DNA from: Patescibacteria group bacterium
GTDB lineage: Bacteria; Patescibacteriota; Patescibacteriia; Patescibacteriales; BM507
Length of the DNA: 60,059 nucleotides
Direction: 5' to 3'
Assembly: GCA_027858235.1 (NCBI GenBank)
Contig: JAQIDC010000028.1
Span: 77,184-137,242 of the forward strand
Below the pieces are notes generated by a model. The model made no database searches. It saw only the letters and a list, made by a program, of their open reading frames with translations, and was not told where the DNA came from. The translations under genes were made by a program, and so were the position numbers. The first letter of the stretch is position 1; each line of letters begins with the position of its first letter. Positions 59,225 to 60,059 of this stretch are shown here, in pieces.

Positions 59225-59745
59225 ATGCAATATAACAATTGTCCAAAATGTGGAACAAAATATAAAAGAAACCAAATTGATAACAAAAATATTTATCAAA
59301 ATCTTTTTGCATGTCAAAAATGTAATTTTATTTTTTATAATAACCCAAAACCTGCTGTGGTAGGATTAATTTATAATAACGAAAATAAATTACTTTTAGT
59401 AAAAAGAAAAATTAAACCTTATGTTGGATACTGGGACTTGCCTGGTGGTTTTGTTAATGCAAATGAAAACCCCTCTAACTCAATCATTAGAGAAATTAAA
59501 GAAGAACTAAACCTAGATGCTAAAATAATTAATATTGAAAATACTTTTACAGAAAATTATAAAAACAAAGGAAGAAATAACGAATAATATAATTTAGTTA
59601 TCATTGCTTACCATCCTTTAAAGATATGGTAGCCATGGATGATGTAAGTGACTACAAATTTTTTTCAATAAATAACTTACCAAAAAAAATCGCTTTTCCG
59701 GAAAAAAGAAAATTTTTTAGCAATCTAGTCAAACAAAGAAACTAA
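59225..59745 (+). pseudogene. Zinc-ribbon NUDIX hydrolase interrupted by an in-frame TAA and a frameshift
   Basis: CPKCG...CQKC ribbon. Nudix box GGFVNANENPSNSIIREIKEELNL. TAA at 59585-59587 is followed in frame by YNLVIIAYHPLKIW, then a stop. The C-terminal part, MVAMDDVSDYKFFSINNLPKKIAFP.., continues in the +2 frame to TAA at 59743-59745. Confidence 0.55.
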
Positions 59746-59792
59746 ACTTCCAATTGGAAGCTTAGCTTCTAAGTAAGATATTTTACTATAAG

Positions 59793-60059
59793 CTATAAAT
59801 TTTCCGCAAAAAACTTATCAATATCTTCAACTTTAATCGTCTCTTGTTTCATTGTGTCTCTATCTCGAACAGTTACTGTCCCTTTTTCAAGAGTATCAAA
59901 ATCAACAGTCAAACAATAAGGTGTTCCAATCTCATCTTGTCTTCTATATCTTTTACCAACATTTCCATTATCATCAAACTCGCAAGTATATTTTTGACTT
60001 AAATTAGCAAAAACTTCTTTTGCTTTTTCAACCAAATCTGGCTTATTTTTAAGTAATGG
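59793..60059 (-). CDS. glyQS: Glycine--tRNA ligase (GlyQS type), C-terminal anticodon-binding part; 5' end outside window
   Basis: ..GKRYRRQDEIGTPYCLTVDFDTLEKGTVTVRDRDTMKQE.. matches the GlyRS C-terminus as I recall it. The frame stays open to the window edge (..PLLKNKPDLVEKAKEVF..). Confidence 0.8.
   Translation of the reverse strand, partial: PLLKNKPDLVEKAKEVFANLSQKYTCEFDDNGNVGKRYRRQDEIGTPYCLTVDFDTLEKGTVTVRDRDTMKQETIKVEDIDKFFAENL

Noticed and set aside
1-60059. CRISPR arrays, tRNA or rRNA genes
   Set aside because: No regularly spaced direct repeats of 25-40 nt were seen. No T-loop-like GGTTCGAATCC-type motif or cloverleaf was seen. The intergenic hairpins are explained as terminators.
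1-60059. Alternative genetic code (UGA or UAA recoding), as in some CPR lineages
   Set aside because: Very long ORFs (up to 6.26 kb) are intact under the standard code, and all three stop codons terminate well-defined genes. The single in-frame TAA in the NUDIX gene is accompanied by a frameshift, which points to decay.

Overview
AT-rich window (roughly one-third GC by eye), coded almost entirely on the minus strand. Gene content suggests a Patescibacteria/CPR-type chromosome segment, which is inference only. Standard genetic code fits.

Layout, left to right:
1. 3' end of a radC-like gene.
2. An accessory block with a 976-aa LamG surface protein and a complete diversity-generating retroelement (DGR). 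On the minus strand the DGR reads target gene with VR, then TR, avd, RT. TR and VR align over 131 nt with 17 mismatches, and every mismatch sits at a template adenine.
3. A HAD-like gene and a decayed alpha/beta-hydrolase pseudogene.
4. A type IIS-like restriction-modification (R-M) operon: an AlwI-family-like endonuclease plus two D12-class adenine methyltransferases (MTases), one fused to a full-length RadC/JAB domain.
5. A compact siphovirus-like prophage of about 21 kb (11.6-32.9 kb), with no integrase or repressor visible. It carries:
   - an AAA_24 ATPase
   - a replication organizer gene with an internal iteron cluster
   - a ParB-MTase fusion
   - terminase, a portal-MuF fusion, an HK97-type protease and capsid
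   - connector proteins and a tail tube
   - a chaperone with a T_TTT_TTA -1 frameshift site
   - tape measure, a Gly-rich fibre and a holin/amidase lysis cassette
6. Core genes ftsZ, ftsA, dgkA and ybeY.
7. A 15.5-kb co-directional cluster of seven secreted or anchored proteins. It includes thrombospondin-type-3 (TSP3) Ca-binding repeats, Cys-rich repeats, Ig/IPT/Fn3 domains and a 2087-aa giant. Two of the proteins share a TrbC/VirB2-like pilin N-terminal module.
8. rel, an island of small ORFs and terminators, ndk, a receiver-domain protein, a ComEC-like metallo-beta-lactamase (MBL) protein, a CPA2 antiporter, a broken NUDIX gene and the 3' end of glyQS.

No rRNA, tRNA or CRISPR array was recognised. 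The most notable items are the DGR, the RadC-MTase R-M operon, the phage ori-like iterons and frameshift site, and the pilin-headed surface-protein cluster.
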